A stretch of DNA of 64,000 bases, from the NCBI GenBank assembly GCA_023213395.1, contig CM041465.1:176769741-176833740 (forward strand). Reading direction: 5' to 3'. This document shows, piece by piece, positions 29,190 to 41,091 of this stretch. Below the pieces are notes generated by a model, which saw only the letters and a program-made list of their open reading frames with translations, was not told the origin of the DNA and did not search any database. This DNA is from Cycas panzhihuaensis (taxonomy: Eukaryota > Plantae > Cycadophyta). Numbering within the stretch: position 1 is the stretch's first letter; each line of letters opens with the position of its first letter. Both the position numbers and the translations under genes were made by a program.

Positions 29190-31499
29190 GTAATTTTATT
29201 TTTTATTAGATTGGGAAAACTACACATTTACCAAAAAAGAGGGACAAGCATCTTCAATATCCCAACCTTGAGTGACACACATAATTATCAATTAATTTAT
29301 TGATATAATCAACATGTAAGTAGAGAATAACCATTATAATTGAAGAAACTTAGTAGCAAGCACAGCCCCTTCATAAGGTTAACCAGAGGCTCTTAATACA
29401 CTTGAAACACCGCACACTTCTCTATAAGCAACCCTTGAGATTGAGCATGGTGAATCACACACCTAATATAATAATATTTAAATCCTAAACATAACCATCA
29501 CATGAGGTTAATAAGAGGATAACGGCTCAAATCATAAAGCATCCTTCATGCCAACAAAAGATAAATGCACTGCAATAATATATAAAATAACAAAGAAGAA
29601 AATAAAATTATTGTAATTTATCAATCTAGAGATTAAAACTCCCTAGGAAAGTGTTATCGCATTTAAGGGGTGAACAATTATTTCCTTTCCAACTAAAACA
29701 CCACACACAAAGCTAACCCAAATGCAACATAATGGTTAGAAAGGAACCAACATAAGGTCAATGATGAAAGGCCTCTTACTTTCCAACTTAATGTAGATGC
29801 CAATCATACAAAGCCTATGTTAAATAGTTCTAACCATTACTAACTAACATGCTAAGCAAATATTATCATGACATTGGATTATTCACAAGAAAAGTTATTT
29901 ACTTGGAGTCTAGTTTTAGGCACTTTACTTCTTAAAGTGTCCTCGCACTGCTTATGAATTAGTTATATATTGCATGTCCTAAATGCATAAGAAGTCAACC
30001 TCTACATTGAATAAAGAATTTTAGCTAAACTTGAGACCTTAGTTACCAATGTTTAACTATACCTAACCTATATGGAATGTAGACAAAATTAACTACCAAT
30101 GGCTCTATGGCAACCATGAAGAGGTATCCTTTATGGGGAAGAGAGTAGAAGACTCTAAAAACCTAGAGGAGCTCCTCATCCCCTTTCTCTTATTTTTCAA
30201 GATATTTTACTATTAAAATGGGTAATAATGTATTAGTGACATATGGGCTTGAAATTTGAAATTTGATGGCCAAGGCACCTATTAAAGGTTATTTTGCATG
30301 CCACCCATTGGTTAAACATATTTTCATATATGAAACATGGCAAGCACCATTATTAAAGTTCTTACCTTTTTATTTATACAATACACAAATTATAAACCTA
30401 TGTTAATGAGGTTAGAGGTGAATTATATAATTTCAAGGCAGATTAGTTTATTTGCCAACCAAAAATGTTGAATCATAAAGTGTTAACAACCTTTTACATG
30501 GTAGTTGGGGTGATTGTCAAAACCCAAGATTTGTTGGATAATTAATCTTGAGCTTGCCAGTTAGCCTTATCATCCATGCAAGTTGGACAAGGCTTTTTCA
30601 TTGCATGTTGTTAGATTCAAATTATAGATAGACTAACATTAATATAAGATGCAATGGCACCAAGAATGGAGGAAGTTTAGTTCTTTCTACCCATTGCACA
30701 TTAAATAAGAGGCTTTCCTACACCCCTTTGGCATATGGGAAACTCTCAAGTTTTCTATACTCCAAAAGTGATTTAGTTAGTTTGATATATGATGTCAAGC
30801 CTAAGATCACCTTGGCTCTAATACCTTATTTTTTTTTGTGTTAATGTCTCCTATTAAGTAAATAACTACATATTTTCCAAGGTAAAAGTTAGTACACATG
30901 TTATGTTATAAGTGTTTGTGTTAAATATTATGTAAAACATTTAACAAATCCTTAAATGGGCATCATTTGTTACAATTGCTTGTGTGTTTATAGGTCATGG
31001 GATTGAATATTGTTAGGAGTATACATAGTGTGTAATCAATGACCACGGATACAAACCATATTACTTGCTTATGTGCATATAACATGGGTCCCATTGACAA
31101 TGATGTGACTTAATTATATAAGGCCCATTGAATGTATGCAAAAGATAACTTTATTAAATCTAATGCTACTCAACTTTGAAGTATTGCTTTGATGTTGTAT
31201 GAAAAATATACTTGTTTTTATTATTACCTTTTATCTTGTGCAATGAATATAGATCTTGGCACCTCCTTATATAGACAGGACCATGTTAGATGCATGATGT
31301 TGAAATAGTCTACACTATAATAACTAATAGAAAGTTATGTATAACTTTTATTGCATTTATAACTAAGTTTACTTAATTCTAATTGTAGATATTAACCAAG
31401 TTTTGTAATTATGATCAAATTTCGACACAGGGCGAGGTGGGGGGGGGGGTGGTGAGAGCAAGTGCAGGGTGGGGGGTGGTGCGTGGCAGAGGAGGGGAA

Positions 31500-32230
31500 G
31501 GTTTAAGTTGGATTTTGGCAATTGTCACTTGGATTTGATATTGCAACCATCTTGCTAAGTTGCATGAACTATTTTATTTTCATTTGGATATTATGCTTCC
31601 TTTTTTCTTGTGTGTGTGTTGGGCAGGGGGGGGGGGGGGGGGAGGGGTGATTACAGGAGTTGAGAGGTTCATGGGTTTGAACCACTAACCAACATCTAAA
31701 GAACTTAATATGTGGTTGATTTACCTATACATACTTATCACTATATGTAATTTTAAATACAACAATAATGAAAATTGAATATAATCAACAATGCATATGT
31801 ACACATTAAATTCCCTATAATGTATATATTCATTTCCTTCTAAAAATATATGAGAAAATAAGAAACCATAACTATACAAGAACCCTATGGGGATGGGGGT
31901 GGGGGGGAGAGGTTTAAGTTGGATTTGGTAATTACCACTTGCATTTGATCTTGCAAGTCTCTCACTACGTTGCATGAACTATTTTGTTTTCATTTGGATA
32001 TTGTGCTTGCTTTTTTTAAAGTAAGACTTCACCCCTTTGCTCATGCATTCAAACCACTAACTAACATCTAGGAAACTTAATGTATGATTAATCTATCTAC
32101 TCCTAATTATGGTCATATGCACTTTCAAATGTTGTAATAATGAAAATTAAATATGTTGAGCAAAACATATGGGCATGCTCAACTACCTCTAATGTATATA
32201 TTCATTTCCTTCTAAAAATATACGAGAAAA
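31500..32230. repeat. Diverged tandem duplication (~350-400-bp unit) with G-tracts
   Basis: GGTTTAAGTTGGATTT...GTTGCATGAACTATTTT...AACCACTAAC.AACATCTA...AATGTATATATTCATTTCCTTCTAAAAATATA.GAGAAAA at ~31500-31860 and ~31911-32230. G-runs at 31430-31500, 31621-31648 and 31889-31907. Confidence 0.8.
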
Positions 32231-32383
32231 CCACAACTTTATATGAGCCCTTGAAAAAAGGTTAGATGGATCATTATAGCAATTGTTTTCTAAAACTCAA
32301 TCCTAAATTAAAAAAAGTGGTCCAAGACCTCCTGGCACACCACTCAAAGTTGAAATGATGTACGTCAAGTGCCCTAATTTCCT

Positions 32384-32707
32384 GTCCCTCAAGGGGCGGC
32401 GTAGTGGTAAGTTGTTCCGGAGTGGTGAGGGCTGTCTCAAGTTCGAGCCCGGGAGCCTTACCACTGCGGTGTCCTTGGGACCGTCCGGTGTGGTTCTTTG
32501 GCGGTACATGGAAGACTGCACGGACGTAAAAGGATTGTACCCGGGCAGGGATGGGGTATAGGGGTGAGTGTGTGTGGCCGGGAGAATGGCGTCTCTCAAC
32601 CCACTTGCCTAGAAAGGGCTCTGGGCGTGTAAGCCCGGCCTCCTTCGGGTGTGTGCGTGAGTCGAGTCCCCTCCTCGCTAATCAAAAAAAAAAAAAAAAA
32701 AAAAAAA
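32384..32707 (+). mobile_element. Young tRNA-derived SINE
   Basis: Perfect 17-bp TSD AAGTGCCCTAATTTCCT (32367-32383 / 32708-32724). Pol III box A-like CGGCGTAGTGG (32397-32407) and box B GTTCGAGCC (32441-32449). GC/CpG-rich body and a 26-nt A run. Confidence 0.93.
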
Positions 32708-33789
32708 AAGTGCCCTAATTTCCTCTAAATTAGTTCATTAATTAATATTTGCACAAACCCACATGTTAACATATACTTGTGGCAAATAATTTCCACAACA
32801 ATGTTTCTCTAATCATGGGTGTACTAAGGATAAGATTCGGTATAATATTGAAATATTATTTTATTATTCTATGACTAAATATTTTTACTATTCTCTCTCT
32901 CTCTCTCTAGTTCTTATAATAAAATAATTCTACCTACCTAACTACCCCTAAGTTATTTTAATATCTCACTAGAAGTTATTAATCTTTATCTTTAAAAAGT
33001 CATTATTTTATTAACAAAGATGGCATTAAAAATGATCAAAACAAAAGTTATAATTCTAACGTAAGCACACATTCAAAAATAAAATAACAAAATAAGAGTT
33101 CAACATCAAATTTAATTAACTATACCTTTTTTATAAGAAAAATTCAAAAAAAAGACAAAAAGATGTTTAAAATAAGAGGGTATTAAAATAAGAATAACAT
33201 AGCTTTGGTAATTGCCATGGTATTCTATAATTGTTTGTTATATATACATGTATAATATGTAAGTCAAAATGACTAATCATGTCATGGTGAGTAATATAAT
33301 ATAACAATAATTGACCATAAAAAATCTTCTCCATTCAAAAAGATTGTTGGTAACATTTATCATTGACTTTTAACTAATATTACGTTTATCTATCATATTT
33401 TATATATTTTATAACATTATGTTATTGAACCCCATTTAACCACCAAAAGCCTCATGTCTAGAATAATGTTGATGTGACTTGCCATAAAATAAATTCATAT
33501 TGTTGGGGGTGTGTATGCGTATTTGATTCCACCCCATCCTACCCTTTACAATGTAATCTCGTATAGGGGCTGGGGTCCTATTTTTATGCAAAATGCAATC
33601 TCATGCAAACAATTTTAGACTCCTAAGATAAAATTGCATTGTCTTAAATTTTAAGAGTAGAAATATTTGTATTATTAATTCTGAACTGCTGCTAAAAGAG
33701 AGGGGCTAGACTTGAGTAGTTACGATTGAGAGAAAAAACCCATATGAGATTTTTCCATCGATTGGAATTCACTCTATTTTTTTCACCAA

Positions 33790-34140
33790 TTTGATGTTTG
33801 GATTATATGTGTGGAGAGTTTTAGCACATGCACATAATATTCTTAAAGTGATTTGGGGAAATGTGTGAAGCCATGAGACTGCATTTGTTCTATGAGCTCC
33901 TAAAAAGAGATTTTGGTGTGACAATTCATCAAAAGTGGTATTGGAGCTAAGTTCCAAGTTGCAATATTCTTGGGGGCTTATAAAGGTGGTGGGGTAATGT
34001 ACATAAATTTCATCGATGTATATGAACATCGTTGTAGCTGGAGCCCTTAGACCACCTAAATATTAGTGGAAGCAAAGCTAGATGGGGCCAATCTATTCAA
34101 CTTGTATAAGAGGTCATGGTCTACTTGGTAGAAAGTCCTC
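33790..34140 (+). mobile_element. Highly decayed fragment resembling a Ty3/gypsy integrase C-terminus/chromodomain
   Basis: Weak peptide resemblance only (FYELLK...VLELSSKL; LEPLD...IQLV). No LTRs found. Confidence 0.25.
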
Positions 34141-34559
34141 TTTACTAACATTAAACTTGTGAGATAGGTCATAGTCTACTTTATGAGGAATTCTCTCAAA
34201 TAACATGTAAAAGTTTTGGTGTGATGATAAAATTATTGAAGATAAGAGAATACACTATAAAAAACTAAATTTAATAAAAAAAATATCAAACTAAAAAAAG
34301 GAAAAAAAATTAGATGAACAGATAGTCCCCACACTCCTCTTTCCTCTATCTCTCTCTCTCTCTCACGCGCACAGTCAATCAAAAGTCCTTCAAAGAATCT
34401 TACTAAAAGTCAAATATTGATATCTATATATAATGAATATTAAAGAGTTAATGGATTTTTAATATGAACTCTGATTTTATCTTAGGAAATTAATATTTTA
34501 TAAAATCAAATTTTTAATAAATAACTGTATCATACATTTATAATTTAGATAGAGACTTT

Positions 34560-35545
34560 TAAGACAGCCCTCTTCCATGAAACCCTAACCTTTAGAAAGA
34601 ATGAAACCCAGTCACTGAAAATTCAACACGAATACATCAACCCCGGCATCCGATCGTATCGAGGGAGCTCTTAAATTTCCCTCAGTCGTACTATTGAAAG
34701 CTGCAAGTGCTCATTGACCGCTAGCTTACAGTTGTTCAACACAGCAGGGCATTCAAATATCTCACATCAATGGCCGTCGACGAGAAATTTTATGCGTTAA
34801 CGAATTTTCAGCAGAAATGTGCAGTCGTGGGACTACAGATTTCTCTCCACCGAACAGACGCCAGACGGGACCCAGCGTGTCCGATTGGCGAAGGTACAGA
34901 GATTCTTTACCACAGCGCAATAGACTTTCCCCGCGGTCATATGAGGCGGGCTGAACTGCTCTTCCCGTGGACGGCGCGCACATAACGCGAGGCCACGTGT
35001 CCTTCCACGTGGAACGCTGTTCGTACCTGCACTGCACAGGTACCAGGCGGAAGCCAACGCCCCGCTCTCGATTAAATTATAATTTCGTCCCGCGTCCGAA
35101 ACAGTGCGATTATCGGGCACCTGCTGTACGCCGTCGAGTTACCGGCAGTTGACGGGAAGTCATCGGTGGGCGCGGGTGGGGGTTAGAGAAGAAAAAGGGA
35201 AGGGGCATAGAACAGACGATGTGCGGGGGAGGTCGTTCCGTGTCGGCTGGTGTGGTTCAGGGCGGTTATTTATATGACCGAGCTACCTCCAAACAATGTG
35301 CAACGGCGTTTTCTCGAATCTGGGTGACGGTTTTTGTATGTATTTTGGGACGAGTAAGGTGTACTGTGGCAGATATCTAACGGGGACCAAGGAAGCGCCG
35401 GTCGTACGCCATGTAGCTGCCCGGTCTGAGGATTTCTGAAGCATGCGTTCGGGTTCTCTGGAAATCCCTGACCTCGGCCGAGATCTCGCTTGGAGAATTC
35501 AATTTTCTGGAGGCGGGCAATATATTTGGTTCTGGGCATTGGAAG
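34560..35545 (+). promoter_or_regulatory. CpG-rich promoter/5' leader of the F-box/LRR gene with paired G-box/ABRE elements
   Basis: Abrupt switch to CpG-retaining, GC-rich DNA. Telo-box AAACCCTAA at 34580-34588. CACGTG at 34994-34999 and perfect palindrome TTCCACGTGGAA at 35003-35014. Reverse GCCGAC at 35242-35247. TATA-like TTTATAT at ~35269. TSS not determinable. Confidence 0.7.
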
Positions 35546-38500
35546 ATGATGAAGCGGGCAGAGGCGCGGACCGACATTTTGGACGTCCTGGACGATGATA
35601 TTCTTCTGGGGATTCTCGATAAGCTGCAGGACCCCCTGGATAGGAAGGCATGGTGTCTCGTTTGCAAACAGTTCTATCGTCTGGAGGCCGGGTGCAGGAA
35701 GAAGTTGCAGCTGATGAGAGAAGAAATGCTGCCCAGGCTTCTGGAGAGGTACAGGGGGGTCCAACATTTGGATCTGTCACTGTGCCCTTATATCAGCGAT
35801 CAGTGCTTGCAGCACGTGGCCACCGTGTCCGGACGGTGTTTGCGGTCTATCAATCTGTCCAGACTGCGCAGGTTTACTCAAGCCGGGCTGTCGCAGCTGG
35901 GCAAAGGTTGCAGATGGTTGGTTGAAATTGATCTTTCGTATTGCAGTAGGATTGGGGACGAGGAGATGGCCGCCATATCTGAGGCCCATAATTTGGAGTC
36001 GCTAAAATTGGTGAAGTGCCAGCTGATCACTGACTTGGGCCTGGGTTGGGTAGCCGTGGGTTGCAGCAACCTGAGGATCTTGAATCTCAAGTTCTGTTTG
36101 GGAGTCACGGATCTGGGTATCGAATTGGTCGCCGTCAAGTGCAAGGAATTGCGGTTTCTCAACGTCTCTTACTTGCAGGTCGGTTCATCTCGGGGTATTG
36201 TTTTCGCGCAAGCATTTTTATTTTCAGTGATTGATAGAAGGGCTGGTCCAGAAGGGCCGGTTATGAACAGAATTTAACTACTTCAAGTGGTGATGTAGAA
36301 TTGATCTTTCTGCAGCAGAATGTCTGTAAGTCGGAAAACAAATCTTCAGAAACTCTTGTACTCAAATGAGATTCCTGGTGCCAATTGGTTAAATCTGAAG
36401 ATGCATTTTGACCTTGTGTAGTGAAAGAAAGGGGCACGGTTTCAAAATCTTCTACCTGTGCATATTTGGGCTGATCCCATTTTCTGGGGCTTATTGTTTG
36501 CAGATAACAAACAAATGTATCGCCTCTATTGCGCATCTAGATTACTTGGAGAATTTGGCATTGGTTGGATGTGTGGGTGTAGATGATGAGGGCCTGGCCT
36601 ATCTCAGAAACAGTTGCAACTCTTTGCAGGTATATATCAGGAGCTAGGGCATCTCTTAGTTTTTTCTTTTATATAAATATTGGCTGGGAATAATGTAACT
36701 GTCAGTTGCATCATGGGTATATCGCAAGGCTAGGGACAGCATGACACTAATTCTTGCATAGTTATGAATTGTTTGTTTTTGCCGTAGGATTTTTCAGCGT
36801 ACCAAATCATATGGCATGATGTCTGTATAAATTTGAGAATGTCCAAATTGCAATAATAGTTGTCTGGTATGAAGTCACCATTGTAGTTTCATGAGAATAC
36901 ATGGCTATGTGTAGCGTCTCGCGGGTCATTGTAACACCGGGACAGTTGGGTCCTTGGCTTATTAAGGGCTTGCATCTTAAAAGCGGAATAATAGTTGTGA
37001 TTTTAAAAAATATTTGCTGTGTATGGTCCTGAAACCTAGATAGTTTTATGTTACAGAGACTTGATGTTTCCAAGTGTCGGAATGTTAGTTGTAAGGGTAT
37101 AATCTCCCTTGCAAGTGGATGTATAGCATTGCAGCAACTTACCTTGGCCTACTGCATACCTGTAAGTAACAAGGGCAAAGTTGATAAATATTTGGACTTA
37201 CCAGTATACTAAATTATACAGGTGCCTGAATATTGTTAATTATGTATTTGGTATGCGGCAGACCACAAATGCTCTTCTCGCAAGCTTTCAAAAATTTGAC
37301 AGTCTACAGTCAATCAAATTTGATGGGTGCGAAATTCATAGCACAGGACTCGACTCAATTGGAAAAAACTGCAAATTTTTGAGAGAATTAAGCTTAAGTA
37401 AATGCATTGGAGTAACAGATGAAGGAATATCTGCAGTTGTGGCAGGTTGCAGAGGATTGAAAAACATAGACCTCACTTGCTGCCGCAATCTTACTGATGT
37501 TGCTATTTCTGCCATTGCAACGTCTTGTAGATATCTTTTATGTCTCAAGATGGAATCATGCATCTTGATTACTGAGAGAAGTTTAAATCTGCTGGGACAT
37601 GGCTGCCCTTTTCTTGAAGAGCTTGATCTCACTGACTGCAGCATAAACAATGCAGGTTTGCGCTTTCTTTCATAGCCCAGATGTAGAGAGTTTTAGCAGT
37701 TAATTATATTTATATTGATGTGATCAATGGATTTCTTTATCATTCTAAACAATTCTTTTAGCAATTTTATAGGTGTTGGGTGCTTTACTTTCTGCCAAAT
37801 TCCTGAATATTATCACTTCCTGCAGGATTGAAATCCATTTCCAGGTTCTCCATGTTGACTAAATTGAAACTAGGCTTATGCCCAAATATATCTGATGAAG
37901 GGATAACCTACATAGGAGCTCACTGCTCAAATCTTGAAGAACTTGATTTGTACCGGTATGCGCTGTAGCATTCTTGGGCAGACAATTGTTTTGTATTTTG
38001 TCACTGTACTCACTGATACTATCCCCCCCGCGCCCCCCCCCCCCCCCCCCCCTCCCCACTTTTTGTTTTTCAAATGTCTGCTCTGTTGAAGTAGCTATGT
38101 TAATGCTTCTCTATCATGTATCAATCTGAATACATTTGCATCTAACATTAAAAAATTTCCATGGCCAGATCTGTAGGGGTTGGTGATGTTGGCTTAACAG
38201 CAGTTGCCAATGGCTGCTCAAAGTTGAGGATTATCAATCTTTCTTATTGTATTGGCATCACAGATGATGCACTGAAATCTCTTGCTCGATTAGATGAGCT
38301 TTGCAACCTGGAGATCCGAGGGTGTTTCGTTGTCACATCTAATGGTCTTTCTGCTATTGCTCTAGGATGTAAGCGCCTACTGGAGTTGGACATCAAGAGG
38401 TGCTACTACATTGATGATGCAGGAGTGTTGGCAGTGGCTCATTGGTGTCGAAATCTGAGACAGGTAAGTTCAGCTGGTATGCTTGTAGGTGTTTTAAGTA

Positions 38501-38823
38501 CATGTTCAATTCCTGTCTACTTCCTCGGTGATGATCTTTTTCTTCTGTATTTGGTGTTTTTGCAGATAAATGTTTCATATTGTCCAATCTCAGATGTTGG
38601 GTTACTGGCATTAGCAAGTCTTAGTTGCTTGCAAAACATGAAGATGGTGCATGTCAGGAATGTCTCTTTGAATGCCTTTGTGTTTGCTCTACTTGCATCT
38701 GAGAGTCTAAAGAAAGTCAAGCTTCTTAATTGCTTGAAATACTTGTTGCCCCAGCATCTGCTTGAATATTTAGAAGATCGAGGCTGCAGAATCCGCTGGA
38801 TGGATAAGCCTCTTGTGATATAA
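35546..38823 (+). CDS. FBL3: F-box/LRR-repeat protein 3-like (RAE1/RAH1 family SCF substrate receptor), 646 aa, 7 exons
   Basis: Exons 35546-36178, 36504-36629, 37057-37161, 37262-37655, 37826-37955, 38169-38463, 38566-38823. All introns are GT-AG with consistent phases; total 1941 nt. N-terminal F-box (DILDVLDDDILLGILDKL...LVCKQFYRLE) followed by many cysteine-containing LRRs (LxxLxLxxCxxITDxGL), ending LEDRGCRIRW, as in Arabidopsis At5g01720/At5g27920-type proteins. Confidence 0.95.
38023..38057. repeat. Poly-C tract in intron 5
   Basis: About 35 nt, almost pure C, directly visible. Confidence 0.9.
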
Positions 38824-41091
38824 TTATCTTTTTTTTGTTTGCCTCTGAATAAATTCTAATATCAAAGTCCTCATAGTGAAATGTTACGTATCTGGTGATC
38901 TGAGTAATTTCTCATAGCAGTAAGGTTTTTGCTTGAGCAAACAAATTTTATGGACACATGATTTTGTGCATAGAGTTTAATGTATAAAACCGGTCCACGT
39001 ACTACATTATTAAATACACAATTTGGCAGCCGCCTAGGGTAGTGGGGGGTGGGGGCATGGTCACTTTGCATGGACAGCTCACTTTTAAAGGTTGTTTAGT
39101 GTTTCAAATTAAACTGCCTTGTAATACACTTGGTGTAAGTGGTCCATAACACCATTTGAATAAGGTATGATGCAAGTGGCATTAAGCTGATTTAACCTGC
39201 TGATTAGACAATAAAGCAACATTTTTCTGCACTGCTGATCCACCTGGGGCTGACTACTCATGATTTTTCTTTGGAAAGTGGTGAATTATGATTGATTATA
39301 TGTGAACTCTTCTAGCTCAATTCGTGGTTCCTAGAACATCTGGCATTATGCGATATTACGAAAGAATCTTTGCCTGATTGGAAGCATTGGCAACGTGATT
39401 TGAAGGAGATGTTTGCTGTTGATCTGTACAGAGGTTGCAGCACATTTGTTCTGGCTTATGTCTTGACAGTACAGAAAATGGTTTTATGCCAGGAAATCTT
39501 GGTTGACTAAGATGAAAAGACTTCCATAGAGAAGCAGAGGTTGATGTCCAACAGTGGGGGGAAATAATAATAATAATGTTTGAATAAATTGGCAAGTTAT
39601 GCCTGGAGGGAATGTGAATAATGGTGGATTCTCAAATAGCTTTTATGGTGCCAAACGTCGCAGATTTTAGTGAACAATGTATCTAGCTTTGGCTGAATTT
39701 GGTGGTGGCTGTCTGAATTCCTGAACTAGTTTATTTGTACCTTTTCTAGTGCAAACAAGCATCCTGATATAGTTTATATTCCAGAGCAAGGCTTGAATTC
39801 ATATGTAAGCTTATTTTAACTATCATTGCAAAAGTACCTATCAGTTCAACATTTGATACAATGCAAGTGGGAAGACAGTGTGCAATTAAGTCTTCAACAT
39901 AATTTAGTTACAAGCTAGTTAAAAGCATTAACTAGCCTGACTCTGCGAATGAGCTCTGGGTTCTAACAACTGGTGTCTTCTTTTGAGTTGCATCTTTTGT
40001 TGTAAATGTAGTTTATTGCGGTTCTTACAGGATTTTGTCTCTCTCTATTTTTCTGCAAACGTTTTTTAACAGTTTACTTTCTAGGCATTTTCCAAAATTC
40101 ATTGTAGTCTTTTGCATTGAGTATACAACGCCTTTGTATGTTGCATTGTTATGAGCAGGAATAGCTATTGGGGAGCATTTTAGTATTGATGATACTTTCC
40201 CCACAACTCCTGTAAGTGTATTGACAAATATGTTTGGACAAGTATGTTTCTTCCAAGAGCCTAATCTGTGATGGTAAAAATACCAGTGATGTGGATAACT
40301 TGGTTAATTCACATGGTTTGCAATTTTATGCTAGTTGCGGTTTTATTAAGATTTAACTCCAGTTTTTTCCTGGGCAATTCTAAGGGGAATTGTTTCGATT
40401 TTCATGCTTGTTCTTTTCTGAGTGAATGTGGTTGCTTCTACGAGCTTGCGTGCGAGTCTTGGATTTAACATTTTTTTCCTGGCAACATCTTATCGTTTCT
40501 CTGTTTCAGGCAGAGGACTTACTAAACCAAATTTAGAACTAGAATTTAATTATGGAAAATAATTCCTAATTTTATGTAATGACTAACTATGTGAACCATG
40601 CCCTTATTTATTACAAAATATTATTTTTTGCATCAGTATTCTCAGTAATTCAGATTTTGACATCTTTGTGGTCTTCAAATTTTGAGGCTTTATTCTTTTG
40701 AAAGGGATTTCTGCTTGTTGGTTGGTTATACTTAAAGGGTTTTAAAGTTTCTTCAGCATACTGCTGTTCCATACCCCACTCCACCCCCACCCCCCAAAAA
40801 CTAAAAAAGAAATTCAGTGATTAGTTACATTTAATTCAATGCTTTTTATTGATACTTAATAGTAAATGCAGATGCACCTGAAGAGCAACAAATAAGCCCT
40901 GAAGGATAAGCAGTCAGGCACGTAGTAATGCTACCTACTACTGATCAAAGAACTAATTATAGTTGAAAGGGTACAGCTATAATATTTGTTCTGTACACAA
41001 CAGAATTCCTTGAAAGCCTTCCTGCAGAGCACTGGAATTGTGATAAGAAGAATGTCCTTATTTTAAGTGCAATGTGTTTTGGATGCGAACT

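Noticed and set aside
27200-31400. Possible decayed TE coding remnants
   Set aside because: No motif, terminus or TSD could be supported by eye.
32384-32460. tRNA gene
   Set aside because: Boxes A/B are present but there is no cloverleaf; the ~200-nt unrelated body, A-tail and TSD define a SINE.
32303-32599. ORFs of 98 aa (-) and 68 aa (+)
   Set aside because: Chance ORFs in the GC-rich SINE that cross its insertion boundary.
34762-36234. Short and antisense ORFs around the promoter and exon 1
   Set aside because: Expected in GC-rich DNA and as shadows of the FBL3 exon; no recognisable domains.
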